Assembly: GCA_050331815.1 (NCBI GenBank)
Contig: JBHJGM010000003.1
Location: forward strand, 231,855-295,854
Direction: 5' to 3'
Source: Opitutales bacterium
Lineage (GTDB): Bacteria; Verrucomicrobiota; Verrucomicrobiia; Opitutales; JBHJGM01
Length of the DNA stretch: 64,000 bases
The notes under the pieces were generated by a model that saw only the letters and a program-made list of their open reading frames with translations, was not told the DNA's origin and made no database searches. The position numbers were made by a program, and so were the translations under genes. Positions 11,488-20,376 of the stretch are shown here, in pieces (within the stretch, counting starts at the first letter, position 1; each line of letters opens with the position of its first letter).

Positions 11488-11605
11488 AATAAACCGCATC
11501 GCCTGCGGGGCTAGTCAATAGACGCGATTTCTCAAAGTTGCCCGACAAACCACCTACCTCGGTCCCAAGCATACCGACCTGGCAACTGCGCGACAGCTGC
11601 AACCG
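11488..11605 (-). promoter_or_regulatory. Probable TPP (THI-box) riboswitch in the thiG leader
   Basis: The minus-strand RNA reads CGCG-CA-GUUGCC[~38-nt insert]GGCAAC-UU-UGAGAAAU-CGCG-UCUAU-UGACUAGCC-CCGCA-GGCGAUGCGG. This reproduces the P2/P3/UGAGA/P2' layout and the UGA..GCC..GGCGA P4-P5 layout of the E. coli thiM element. It lies ~10-125 nt upstream of the thiG ATG. Called by eye; no covariance model was run. Confidence 0.5.
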
Positions 11606-11627
11606 CCCGGGTGTTGGGCGCGATTTT

Positions 11628-11876
11628 TCAGAAGGGGTCGCGGGTGATGGAACCGCTTGAATCAAACTCGCTCATGCGTTCGACCAGCGATTCACGCTGC
11701 AGCCGGCGAATGTTGGCGATGGCCTCAGCATGCGACTTCGTGGCCGAACCGGGACGACGCGTGCTGGTGGACACGTCATTGAGGGTCATGTCGTTATGGA
11801 CCCATTGGAGCAGATGGATCTTTTCCGCGTTGGAAAGTCCCTCGATGGCTCCTTTGATCATGTCCAAATCGCTCAT
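11628..11876 (-). CDS. Small hypothetical helical protein (82 aa)
   Basis: The ORF has plausible helical composition (IKGAIEGLSNAEKIHLLQWV..) and weakly resembles small addiction-module components. A same-size ORF exists on the opposite strand, so the coding strand is uncertain. Confidence 0.4.
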   Translation of the reverse strand: MSDLDMIKGAIEGLSNAEKIHLLQWVHNDMTLNDVSTSTRRPGSATKSHAEAIANIRRLQRESLVERMSEFDSSGSITRDPF

Positions 11877-12104
11877 AAAAGCTTAGACTAGCTAAGTGTA
11901 AGGGTCAGTACAAGCTGCATTTACTCTGAGAACGGATTCTCTGGGGCCTGGCGCTTCCAAGCGGCAGATCGGATTCGCCCGAAGCACTCAGCTGGTCTCT
12001 TAGGAAAAAGCTTCTAGCGGAAGGCAGGAGAGAGGCGAACTTTGCCTCGGCATCCGCAAATAGACTTGCCAGTGGCCGATGCCGCCCACTGCACTGCATC
12101 GCTT

Positions 12105-13658
12105 ATGGAGAAGCGCGCGCTGCTGTCCGTCAGCGACAAAACCGGCCTGGTCGACTTTGCCCGGGCCCTCGTCGAGGACTTTCAATTCACCCTGCTTTCA
12201 ACCGGAGGCACCGCCCGAGCGCTCGTCGAAGCAGGGCTGCCCGTGACCGAAGTCAGCGATTATACGGGCTTTCCGGAGTTGATGGAAGGCCGTTTGAAAA
12301 CGCTTCATCCGAAGGTGCACGGCGGGTTGCTGGCCCGGCGAGATCAGCCCGAGCACCTCGAACAGGCGCAGGCTCATGACATCGGACTCATCGACCTGGT
12401 CTGCGTGAATTTGTACCCCTTTGAGCAAACCATTGCCCAACGCGGCGTCACCCTGGCCGACGCCATCGAGCAGATCGACATCGGCGGGCCTTCCATGCTG
12501 CGCTCGGCGGCCAAAAACCACGCTGCGGTCACGGTGGTGATCACTCCCGAGGATTACCCCAAAGTACTGGAAGCCCTCAAGGAGGGTGAGCCCGTGCTCG
12601 CCAGCTTGCGCCGCACGCTGGCCCAGAAAGTTTTCGCCCGCACCTCCGCCTACGACAAGGCCATTGCCGACTTCCTGGCCAGTCGCGACATGCCTCCCGA
12701 CCCCGGAGCGGCCCTGGGCTTGCCCGGCAGTGTCGATCTGCGCCTGAGCAAGGCCATGGACCTGCGCTACGGGGAAAACCCGCACCAACAGGCTGCGCTC
12801 TACGGCACCTTTCTCGAGCATTTTGAGCAGCTTCAGGGCAAGCAGCTTTCCTTCAATAACATCGTCGACATCACCGCCGCGGCCTACCTGATCGGCGAAT
12901 TCGAGAAACCCACCGTCGCCATCCTTAAGCACACAAACCCCTGCGGCGTGGCCTCCAGCATGGACGGGCTCAAGCCGGCCTGGGATCTGGCGTTTGAGAC
13001 CGACCGGCAGGCGCCCTTTGGCGGCATCATCGTGGTCAACCGCACCCTCGATCTCGAGCTGGCCGAGGCGATCGGAGAGCTCTTCACCGAGGTCATCATC
13101 GCTCCGGGCTACACCGACGAGGCCAGCGCCTTTTTTGCCAAAAAGAAGAATCTGCGCCTGATGCGCGCCAGCGCGACCATGCGGGCCGACAGCCTGCAGG
13201 AGGTCAAGTCCGTCATCGGTGGCCTGCTGCTGCATGACCGCGACCAGTCGCCCGTTAATACGCGCGATTTCAAAGTGGTCACCGAGCGCCAACCGACTGA
13301 GGAGGAAATGCGTTCGCTGCTCTTTGGCTGGAAAGTCTGCCGCCACGTCAAAAGCAACGCCATCGTGTACACGTGCGGTGAGCGTACCCTGGGGGTCGGG
13401 GCCGGGCAGATGTCACGGGTCGACAGCTCGCGGATCGCCGTGTGGAAAGCCGGTGAGGCCGGGCTCGATCTCAAGGGCAGCGCGATCGCATCCGAGGCGC
13501 TTTTCCCTTTTCCTGATGCCCTTGAGGCCGCCGTCGCCGCTGGAGCCACGGCCGCCATCCAACCCGGCGGGGCCAAACGTGACGAAGCCGTCATCGACGC
13601 CGCCAACCAGGCCGGGATGACGATGATCTTCACCGGTCGTCGACATTTCAAGCACTAG
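12105..13658 (+). CDS. purH: Bifunctional AICAR transformylase / IMP cyclohydrolase
   Basis: MEKRALLSVSDKTGLVDFAR, LLSTGGTA, HPKVHGG, IDLVCVNLYPF and a C-terminal ..FTGRRHFKH are canonical PurH. The ATG at 12105 was preferred over the upstream alternative start at 12042. Confidence 0.92.
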   Translation: MEKRALLSVSDKTGLVDFARALVEDFQFTLLSTGGTARALVEAGLPVTEVSDYTGFPELMEGRLKTLHPKVHGGLLARRDQPEHLEQAQAHDIGLIDLVCVNLYPFEQTIAQRGVTLADAIEQIDIGGPSMLRSAAKNHAAVTVVITPEDYPKVLEALKEGEPVLASLRRTLAQKVFARTSAYDKAIADFLASRDMPPDPGAALGLPGSVDLRLSKAMDLRYGENPHQQAALYGTFLEHFEQLQGKQLSFNNIVDITAAAYLIGEFEKPTVAILKHTNPCGVASSMDGLKPAWDLAFETDRQAPFGGIIVVNRTLDLELAEAIGELFTEVIIAPGYTDEASAFFAKKKNLRLMRASATMRADSLQEVKSVIGGLLLHDRDQSPVNTRDFKVVTERQPTEEEMRSLLFGWKVCRHVKSNAIVYTCGERTLGVGAGQMSRVDSSRIAVWKAGEAGLDLKGSAIASEALFPFPDALEAAVAAGATAAIQPGGAKRDEAVIDAANQAGMTMIFTGRRHFKH

Positions 13659-13928
13659 CACACGCTCGAAAGATTCTGCGATGCCTACTGGATGGGTGCG
13701 CTTTTACTTCGTATTTGAGAAATAAGTCTCGATTCTCAGGTGTCGAGCGTTTTAACGATCTTCGTCACCGATTGTTTCACTTCTGTAACAATACGTGCAT
13801 GTTCCTTACAATCATTTGCTTGATGCCGGCTACTCCACAATATTTACTCTGTTAATACGCTACTGATCGTTGGCTTGGACCCTGAAGGTGTACCCCAAGA
13901 GCACCTTCCCCTAAATTCCCAAGCTGCT

Positions 13929-14249
13929 ATGCAATCTATCCTTTTCCTGACCTGCCTACTGGTTGCGTCTGACACAGTCCTTGCTTCGAGCGAGGAACCT
14001 GTGGCGGCGACGCATTTGGTTGCTCTGAGTGAACCTGCCGAAGCTATCGTCGTCAGCTCAAACATCGGTGACACGGCGTCGACACCTACGGGTGCTGTCG
14101 CCGAAGACTCGGTGGGCCTTGCCAGCTTACTTGGCGCGCTGCCCGGAGTGGACGACAACCTCGAGCCCTCGATATACGCACTGGCTTCGGCGTTTATCTT
14201 TCTGGGGCTGGTAGCGGTGCGTCGCCTGCGTCGGCCCAAAATGTTCTAG
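13929..14249 (+). CDS. Small secreted PEP-CTERM-tailed protein (106 aa)
   Basis: Signal peptide MQSILFLTCLLVASDTVLASS, then an acidic Ser/Thr/Ala-rich middle region. The C-terminus LEPSIYALASAFIFLGLVAVRRLRRPK has the (P)EP-S motif + TM helix + Arg cluster of a PEP-CTERM signal. Confidence 0.65.
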   Translation: MQSILFLTCLLVASDTVLASSEEPVAATHLVALSEPAEAIVVSSNIGDTASTPTGAVAEDSVGLASLLGALPGVDDNLEPSIYALASAFIFLGLVAVRRLRRPKMF

Positions 14250-15439
14250 GTCAGCCCGACTGCGACGGGCTCGCTGTATTCGTGTCGGCACGCCTGCTGT
14301 CGCAAGGGTTGCTGGGTAACCGCAGCTGCGTCTGCGTTCGTTTGATTGCCCCGGGCGTCCAAGTACTCGGGAAACGCTTCCAACGCCTGCTCGAAGCAAT
14401 GCAGGGCCTCGGTTTCCCGGCCAAGGTTTCTCAGAGAGACTCCGAGGTTGTTCAGGGTCTCTGGGGTGGGTAGACGCTCCTGCGCGGATTGGAATCGATG
14501 GTGCGCTTCTGCCCAATCGCGTAGGCTTAGCGCCAGCACCCCGAGCATAAAATCAATTCGCCAACCCTCCGGGCGTGGCATTGGGCCCTCCGGCTCCAGA
14601 ATGTGGTTGCGTTCGGATTCGGGCAGCCTGTCGAGCTCTTCGAGCATCCTCCGAAGCATAGGAAAGTCCTCTCGAAAGGAGGCCATGGAAAGCAGCGCCC
14701 ATTGTGCAACCCGCTCCGAATACCCGGCTTCGCGGTAAAGTGTTTGGACGGCTTCATAATCGAAACTGCGCAGGGATTCCGCCGTGGTTCGACGCATGCG
14801 GTCGAGATTGCGGGAAACGCTGCCGGGGTAGGCGCACATGCGGTAGCCAATTTCCGGCAGCAGCGCCACGGGTACTCGCGCCACGGCTGCCCGCAGCAGC
14901 AGATCGCTGTCCTCGGCGGATTCCAGGTTCAGTCGGTAACCCAGTTCCTTGGCCACCTCGCGGCGAATTGCGATCTGACCGGCTCCGGGCAGGTAATTGC
15001 GCTCAAACTGGCGCACCAGCCAGCGGTCGCGAAACATAAATGGCGGGATCTGTGCCTCGCGCAGAAAGCGGTCCGAAGGCCCGTCGAAAAGCGCCACGCC
15101 GTCGCTGGCGATGCCTGCTTCGTGAGTCTCCAGAGCGCTAAGGAGACGACGGGTGCGGCCCGGCAAAAAGGCATCGTCTGCGTCGAGCCAAATGCCGCAA
15201 TCGGTTTCCAGCGCCTCGAAACCCGCCTGACGGGTCAGCGCCAGCGTGCGGTGGGCTGGCGGCTGAACCACTCGAAGGGGCCGCGTACCGGCGGCTGCTC
15301 GGGCGTTGGCCACGGTGGCATCCGAAGAAAAATCATCGATCAGGATGATCTCGGCGATCGGTTCCTCCACCACGGAGCGTACCGCACGGCCAATGGTTGG
15401 GGCCGCATTGCGGGCGGCTATGAGTACGGTCGCCTCCAT
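14246..15439 (-). CDS. Family 2 glycosyltransferase with C-terminal TPR-like region
   Basis: VLIAARNAAPTIGRAVRSV..IILIDDFSSDAT plus a DADD (DxD) motif. The C-terminal LNNLGVSLRNLGRETEALHCFEQALEAFPEY is TPR-like. Confidence 0.8.
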   Translation of the reverse strand: MEATVLIAARNAAPTIGRAVRSVVEEPIAEIILIDDFSSDATVANARAAAGTRPLRVVQPPAHRTLALTRQAGFEALETDCGIWLDADDAFLPGRTRRLLSALETHEAGIASDGVALFDGPSDRFLREAQIPPFMFRDRWLVRQFERNYLPGAGQIAIRREVAKELGYRLNLESAEDSDLLLRAAVARVPVALLPEIGYRMCAYPGSVSRNLDRMRRTTAESLRSFDYEAVQTLYREAGYSERVAQWALLSMASFREDFPMLRRMLEELDRLPESERNHILEPEGPMPRPEGWRIDFMLGVLALSLRDWAEAHHRFQSAQERLPTPETLNNLGVSLRNLGRETEALHCFEQALEAFPEYLDARGNQTNADAAAVTQQPLRQQACRHEYSEPVAVGLT

Positions 15440-15452
15440 GCGTGGGTGTGGT

Positions 15453-16919
15453 TCAATCCTGGTCCAATCCGATTACGGTAGGCATCGGACAGCGCGCGGA
15501 TCGATAAATCGAAGCCAGGCGCGCCCGCATTTGAGCACCAAATTCGCGCGAACCCAGCAGGATGCTTTCAGGCCGCAGGGAGTTGGGCAGTGCGCTGGGC
15601 TCGTGAATGTACAGGCCGGAGTACGCACGCCCTTGCTGCAGTGGATCCGCGTCCACAAAACCATCGATACTCAACCCCCCGGAGGCGCAGCGATCCGCCA
15701 GCGAGCGCCCAAAATTACCGGCCCCGTAGATAAAGGTAGGCGTTTCTGGCGAGACGGTGAGGACGCGCTGCAACAACGTTTCTACCGCTGCTTCCTGCGG
15801 GGAAAGCTCCGGGATTTGAAAGGCCTTGGGCAACGGCTGCGCAAAACAGGCGCTGGCGATTCGCTGGAAAGCCTCACGATGGGCTGCCTCGCCGCGCTGA
15901 GATAAAATTCGCGCCCGGGCTGCCGTTTTCAGCCGCTCGAGTCTGGGGCGGTTGCGGTGAAGATCTGCAAGCACTTCGGCCATCGCTGTCGTATCGCCCT
16001 GGGGAACCAGACAGCCGGTTTCGTCCTCGATGACCACTTCATCCACACCCGAGTCGATTTTCATGACGACCGGGCACACACGTGCGGCCATGGCTTCGGC
16101 GAGGGCCAGAGGGTTGCCTTCGTAGGCCGAGGTCAACAGGCAGACATCGGCCCGGGCCAAGTGTTCGGCAACCGCCTCTGGAGGCACGCGCCCGATGAAG
16201 CGTACGTGTCCCGATTCCAGCAAGCCGGCAGTGACAAAGGCCTGGGGCAAGCGGTGCTCCTCGGGTCCGGCCCCAACCACTTGCAGTGTGAAAGGTACGT
16301 CCATTGCTTTCAGGCGGTGCGCAACCTCCACCAGACGGCTGACCCGCTTCTGCGTTTCCTCCAGCCGCCCCACGTAAACCAGGCGCAGGGGCTGAGTTGA
16401 ATCGAGGCCCGCGGCAGAGCTATGCGCGGACTCGGGCTGGGGGTAGGGCAGCGTGTGCAAGCGCCGGCGAGCTTCCGCGCTGAATTTCTGGGAAAGTCGT
16501 TCGGTCAGGTGCTCGCTGACGGCGATGATGCCCGCAAAGAGCGCTTCGTAATGTTTGAGGATGAGCCCGGTGTTGGGGTCGTCGTTGTGCGCAAAGCCCA
16601 GGAAGCGCACGCTTGGGTGGTCAGGGTGGGCCAGCAGCCAGAGCCGTGCCGCTTCGTGAGCGGTCTGGCCTGCGTTGGGCAGGATCAGCGCCGGCGTATC
16701 GGGGGCTTCGTTCACCCAGTTTTCGATGGCCTCGACGATTTTCTCCGGCTGGTGCGCCTGGCCTTCCGGCAGTCGACGGCAACGTGTATCCAAGGGCAAC
16801 GCGGCGCCCCCCAGTTGCAGGATCTCGACCGTGGGAAACGTGCGATGCAGCCAGCGCCCGTAGGTGGTGACCCCGCTGACTTGCCAATCGGCTTGGTCGA
16901 TAAAAAGGGTACGCATCAA
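15453..16919 (-). CDS. GT-B (GT4-like) glycosyltransferase with C-terminal PglD_N-like Rossmann half-domain
   Basis: GT1/GT4 C-terminal signature RLVYVGRLEETQKR..FIGRV..LLTSAYEGNPLALAEAMAA. The tail is FIYGAGNFGRSLADRCASGGLSIDGFVDADPLQQGRAYSGLYIHEPSAL. Confidence 0.8.
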   Translation of the reverse strand: MMRTLFIDQADWQVSGVTTYGRWLHRTFPTVEILQLGGAALPLDTRCRRLPEGQAHQPEKIVEAIENWVNEAPDTPALILPNAGQTAHEAARLWLLAHPDHPSVRFLGFAHNDDPNTGLILKHYEALFAGIIAVSEHLTERLSQKFSAEARRRLHTLPYPQPESAHSSAAGLDSTQPLRLVYVGRLEETQKRVSRLVEVAHRLKAMDVPFTLQVVGAGPEEHRLPQAFVTAGLLESGHVRFIGRVPPEAVAEHLARADVCLLTSAYEGNPLALAEAMAARVCPVVMKIDSGVDEVVIEDETGCLVPQGDTTAMAEVLADLHRNRPRLERLKTAARARILSQRGEAAHREAFQRIASACFAQPLPKAFQIPELSPQEAAVETLLQRVLTVSPETPTFIYGAGNFGRSLADRCASGGLSIDGFVDADPLQQGRAYSGLYIHEPSALPNSLRPESILLGSREFGAQMRARLASIYRSARCPMPTVIGLDQD

Positions 16920-17008
16920 GGCGTCTACTCGGCGTTTTGCCGCAACGATAAATAGCTCGCCGTTACGGGGTTACTTAACTGGTTGCCAGCGCCGACGATC
17001 AGGCGGGG

Positions 17009-19153
17009 GTGACGGTAGAGACCATCGCATCGCTGCCCGCAGCACATACGCGACACTCTCCGGAGCCAGGTTGCCGTATCGACAAGGCGCGCATTTCGCC
17101 TGCCGCGTTTGCGGGCTTCCTGGCCTCTGGGTGTGGGGCTGCGCTGCGCCATCTTTTCTCCGAGCCTGCGCTAGTTTCTGAACAGCCGCTAAACGCTGCC
17201 ATGCAGGAGGCCTGGGAAGCGCTGTTTGGCTGCCTGCCGCAATTTTCGCCCACCGATGCGCAAGGCCCCCGCGTGCTCAGCTTGGAGGCATTTGCCGCAG
17301 ACGCGCCGACAGACCGGTGCGTACTCAGCCTGCTGGGCGCAAATCGGGAAGCGGCTGGACGCGCCCTGCTGCGTTGGGGTCCGCAGCCGCAAATCCATTT
17401 TCTGAGCGAATTCACGCCCGATGAATTGAGTACTTGCCTGACGGCGCCCTGGGCCGAGACGCTGCCCGCTCGCTGGCTCCGCATGGACGTGGATCTGCCC
17501 GGCGAAATCTGCGCACGAGGGCAACCCGCCGATACGCTCTGGCTGCACGATACAGTAAACCCCAGGGCGCTGGAGCTGCTGTTTGAGACTCTGGATGCGT
17601 CTGGTGGAGATGGGCAGATCCCTTTGCGTGGACGATCACTTCGCCCGGAGGCAAACGCGCTCCACGAAGCCGCCCAAGGAATCGCCGCGGCCGAACGAGT
17701 GGTGATTGACTGTAAGCTTCCGGCTTTGGAGTTCTGGACCATCCGGGTCTGCGTGCAGTTGCAAAAGCCCTTTTTACTTCGGGAGGGACTGCAAGCATCG
17801 CCCACGCGCTACGCCGCTTTCGAACAAGGACCAGAGCTTTTGCAGCAGGATTGCCTGAAGCTGCGTGCCTTACTGGCGCGTTTGGAATCCAGTGACAGCG
17901 ATTTCATGCGCATGTGTGGCGAGTCCGCTCCGTCGCCTGAAGCGATCGAGCTTGGAGCGGACTTCGAAAAAGAGGTACCCATCGATTGGTTTTTGCGCCG
18001 GGCACGCCTGCGCAAGGAACTGCCCGGCAGCACGGTCCACTGGCTTTCCAACGCGTATACGCGGAGGCAACTGCTCGGTCTGGCGGCGGCCTCGACCACG
18101 TGGCGTCACTGGCTGTGCGAGCTCGAATTCACGATGGAGCGCTGCGTGCACGGCATCCTCCCGGAGTCGTACTTGAGGCGTATCTTCAATCAGGATACGC
18201 AGGGCTGTCTGGCGACCCTGCGAGCACTTTGTCCGGCGGGTTCAGGCAGGGTGCAGGACGAAGCCAGTTGGCCCTATCGCGTTTTCGATCTGGCTTTCAT
18301 CACAAGCGCCCAAAGGCAATCCCTGGGTGACTGGGAAACCTTCGGAGCCCTCGCGGGAGAGTTGCTCGTCAGTCGATCCGAGCCGGAGACCAACTCCCGT
18401 GCCCAGCAGGCGCTTCTGGCTTCCGCGTACCTGGCCGGTGCCGGGGTATCCGTCGACGGCCTTGAGCCTCAACTTGTTTTGGAGCGCTTCACCGGACCTT
18501 GGCTGCCTGCGTTATACGATGCCAGTGTGCGAACGATAGCGCGTCCAGTGGCCAAACGGTTGAGGACGTTTTTCGAAGCGCACGGCTATCCCGGCAAGGA
18601 TGGGCTGGAGCAGTCCTTCCGCCGTGCCTGGCTGGAGCTGTGGGAGGGGGCCTGGGATCGGGTGGTCGCAGGTGGCCTGGCCCTGAGCGAAGAATCCACC
18701 GAGGCTGCAGCGGCCTTTCAATTGAAGCTGGCGGACAGTCTGCTCTTGTGCGGACAGGTCGACCCGGCGCAGCGGCTGACGCAGGCCATCGCGCTTGAGA
18801 CCGTACAAGGCAGCCTGGATGCGCTGCGGCTGGCGGTCATCCGTCTGGCTGCGGGGGATCCCGAACGAACCCGCACGTGTCTTGCACAACTGCTCGAAGC
18901 ACTCGGCCCTGGTGATGAAAACATCGGGCTCAACGCGGGTTTTGCGCGGTTTTTCTGGCTGCTGTTCGAAGGCGTCGAAGCAGGCCTGGGCGCGACCTGG
19001 AGTCCGAGCTACGCCGCGCACGAACCAGAGTTGCTTGAACGCATACGGCTTAACCTTGGGTCACATTGGCCGAACGAGATCGCTGCTCCACATCGAAACG
19101 AAATCGACGCGCTCAGCCAGCGGCTGGTCTTTGTGCCACCCGCGGCAAATTGA
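17009..19153 (+). CDS. Large hypothetical protein (714 aa), no recognisable domain
   Basis: 2.1-kb ORF with GC-rich third positions, divergent from the GT4 gene. Its TGA overlaps the ATG of the next gene (TGATG). The start at GTG 17009 is uncertain. Confidence 0.6.
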   Translation: MTVETIASLPAAHTRHSPEPGCRIDKARISPAAFAGFLASGCGAALRHLFSEPALVSEQPLNAAMQEAWEALFGCLPQFSPTDAQGPRVLSLEAFAADAPTDRCVLSLLGANREAAGRALLRWGPQPQIHFLSEFTPDELSTCLTAPWAETLPARWLRMDVDLPGEICARGQPADTLWLHDTVNPRALELLFETLDASGGDGQIPLRGRSLRPEANALHEAAQGIAAAERVVIDCKLPALEFWTIRVCVQLQKPFLLREGLQASPTRYAAFEQGPELLQQDCLKLRALLARLESSDSDFMRMCGESAPSPEAIELGADFEKEVPIDWFLRRARLRKELPGSTVHWLSNAYTRRQLLGLAAASTTWRHWLCELEFTMERCVHGILPESYLRRIFNQDTQGCLATLRALCPAGSGRVQDEASWPYRVFDLAFITSAQRQSLGDWETFGALAGELLVSRSEPETNSRAQQALLASAYLAGAGVSVDGLEPQLVLERFTGPWLPALYDASVRTIARPVAKRLRTFFEAHGYPGKDGLEQSFRRAWLELWEGAWDRVVAGGLALSEESTEAAAAFQLKLADSLLLCGQVDPAQRLTQAIALETVQGSLDALRLAVIRLAAGDPERTRTCLAQLLEALGPGDENIGLNAGFARFFWLLFEGVEAGLGATWSPSYAAHEPELLERIRLNLGSHWPNEIAAPHRNEIDALSQRLVFVPPAAN

Positions 19154-20376
19154 TGGAGCGCGGCACCACACCCGACGTCATGCCCAGCGTTTATCTGCAT
19201 CTGGAAAACATCTGTAACCGTGTCCTGCTGGACGTGGAAAAAATCCGCAGCTACCTCATCAGCAACGGCTGCACGCTGACGCAGGATCGGGCCCGCGCCG
19301 ACAAGGTGCTGCTGGTGGGTTGCGCCTTTAACAACTACACCGAAACCGAATCAAAAAAGCGCCTGGATGAGTTTCTCGCCGAGAAAGCGCCAGCTCAGGA
19401 TATTTTTGTGCTCGAAGGGCTCGCCGACACCATGGGCCAGCGTCTGGCCAAGGAGGGCGTGCTGGATAAAAGCCGGATTATCCGGACCGGGCGCTACGGG
19501 GACCTAGACCCGGTCTTTGCGAAAAATCAGGCATTTTCAGAAACCCCCGAGGCCAACTTCTGGGGGCAGTACGCCACCGGCGCGGGCAACGCTACGGGCA
19601 CCTGCTGCTCGCACCGCAAGGGCGTTGGAACTTTCGACCGCTACGCCGTTCAGGTGGGCCACGGGTGCAACGATCGTTGCGCATTTTGCGGCGACAAAGT
19701 CGTGGTGAAGCACATTCGCAGCAAGCCGCTGGAAGATTGCCTGCGCGAGGTGCAACAGGGACTGGCGCTGGGCTATCAGCACATCGACCTGATCGGGGAT
19801 GATGTGGGTGCCTGGGGCATCGACCGCGATAAGTGCATTCTCGATTTGTTACGGCCCATCGTGGCGCTGGAGGGCGAATTCCAGCTCTGGATGGAGGAAC
19901 TCAATTTGAAGTACCTAGTGCGGCACCGCGCGGATTGGCCAGCTCTCCTGGAGACCGGACGCTTTCGGCGCATGGCGGTGGCCTTTCAGAGCGGGAACAC
20001 CCGAGTGCTGGAACTGATGCGGCGCGGCTACACACGCGAGGAGTTGCTGGATGTGGTTGCGCTGCTGCGCACCTACGACATCGAGCTGCATGGTCACGTC
20101 ATCATTGGCTTTCCCACCGAAACGCGCGAGGAGTTCGAGGAGTCCTTTGCAGTGATCGAAGCGGGCGGCTTTGCTAGCGTGAGCTTCTTTTTGTACCAGG
20201 ACCGCACGAACGCACCGGCCCACCGGATCGAGCCGAAAGTAGCGGAAGACGAAAAGCTCGAGCGCCTGGGTATCGCTGAAAAGCACTTTCGCGAGTTGGG
20301 CTACGGGGTGACGCGCCGGCCCGACAAGTTGCAAATTCTGCGCACGGAGGCCGCCCATGTCCCAAGCCCTGTGTGA
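19153..20376 (+). CDS. MiaB/RimO-like radical-SAM methylthiotransferase-family protein lacking a TRAM domain
   Basis: N-terminal UPF0004-like segment LENICNRVLLDVEKIRSYL..ADKVLLVGCAF. Radical-SAM motif GHGCNDRCAFCG, followed by RSKPLEDCLREV and IIGFPTETREEFEES. Only ~40 aa follow the core. ATG 19153 was chosen over the longer ORF from 19066. Confidence 0.75.
   Translation: MERGTTPDVMPSVYLHLENICNRVLLDVEKIRSYLISNGCTLTQDRARADKVLLVGCAFNNYTETESKKRLDEFLAEKAPAQDIFVLEGLADTMGQRLAKEGVLDKSRIIRTGRYGDLDPVFAKNQAFSETPEANFWGQYATGAGNATGTCCSHRKGVGTFDRYAVQVGHGCNDRCAFCGDKVVVKHIRSKPLEDCLREVQQGLALGYQHIDLIGDDVGAWGIDRDKCILDLLRPIVALEGEFQLWMEELNLKYLVRHRADWPALLETGRFRRMAVAFQSGNTRVLELMRRGYTREELLDVVALLRTYDIELHGHVIIGFPTETREEFEESFAVIEAGGFASVSFFLYQDRTNAPAHRIEPKVAEDEKLERLGIAEKHFRELGYGVTRRPDKLQILRTEAAHVPSPV

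Noticed and set aside
9735-11492. 585-aa ORF on the plus strand across thiH and thiG
   Set aside because: It is antisense to two genes with unmistakable ThiH and ThiG motifs. Its translation is Arg/Gly/Ala/Pro-rich and low in complexity, which is typical of a shadow ORF in GC-rich DNA.
11877-12104. Possible ZTP (pfl) riboswitch upstream of purH
   Set aside because: purH is a classic ZTP-regulated gene. However, the leader lacks the conserved CCGCCUGGGC 3' element (only CCGCCCACUGC is present) and the GACUGGCG/ACCACGGG 5' elements. There is only a short CAGUGG/CCACUG hairpin. A cmscan with RF01750 would settle the question.
12198-13346. 382-aa ORF antisense to purH
   Set aside because: purH is unambiguous on the plus strand. 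The antisense product has no motifs and a biased composition.
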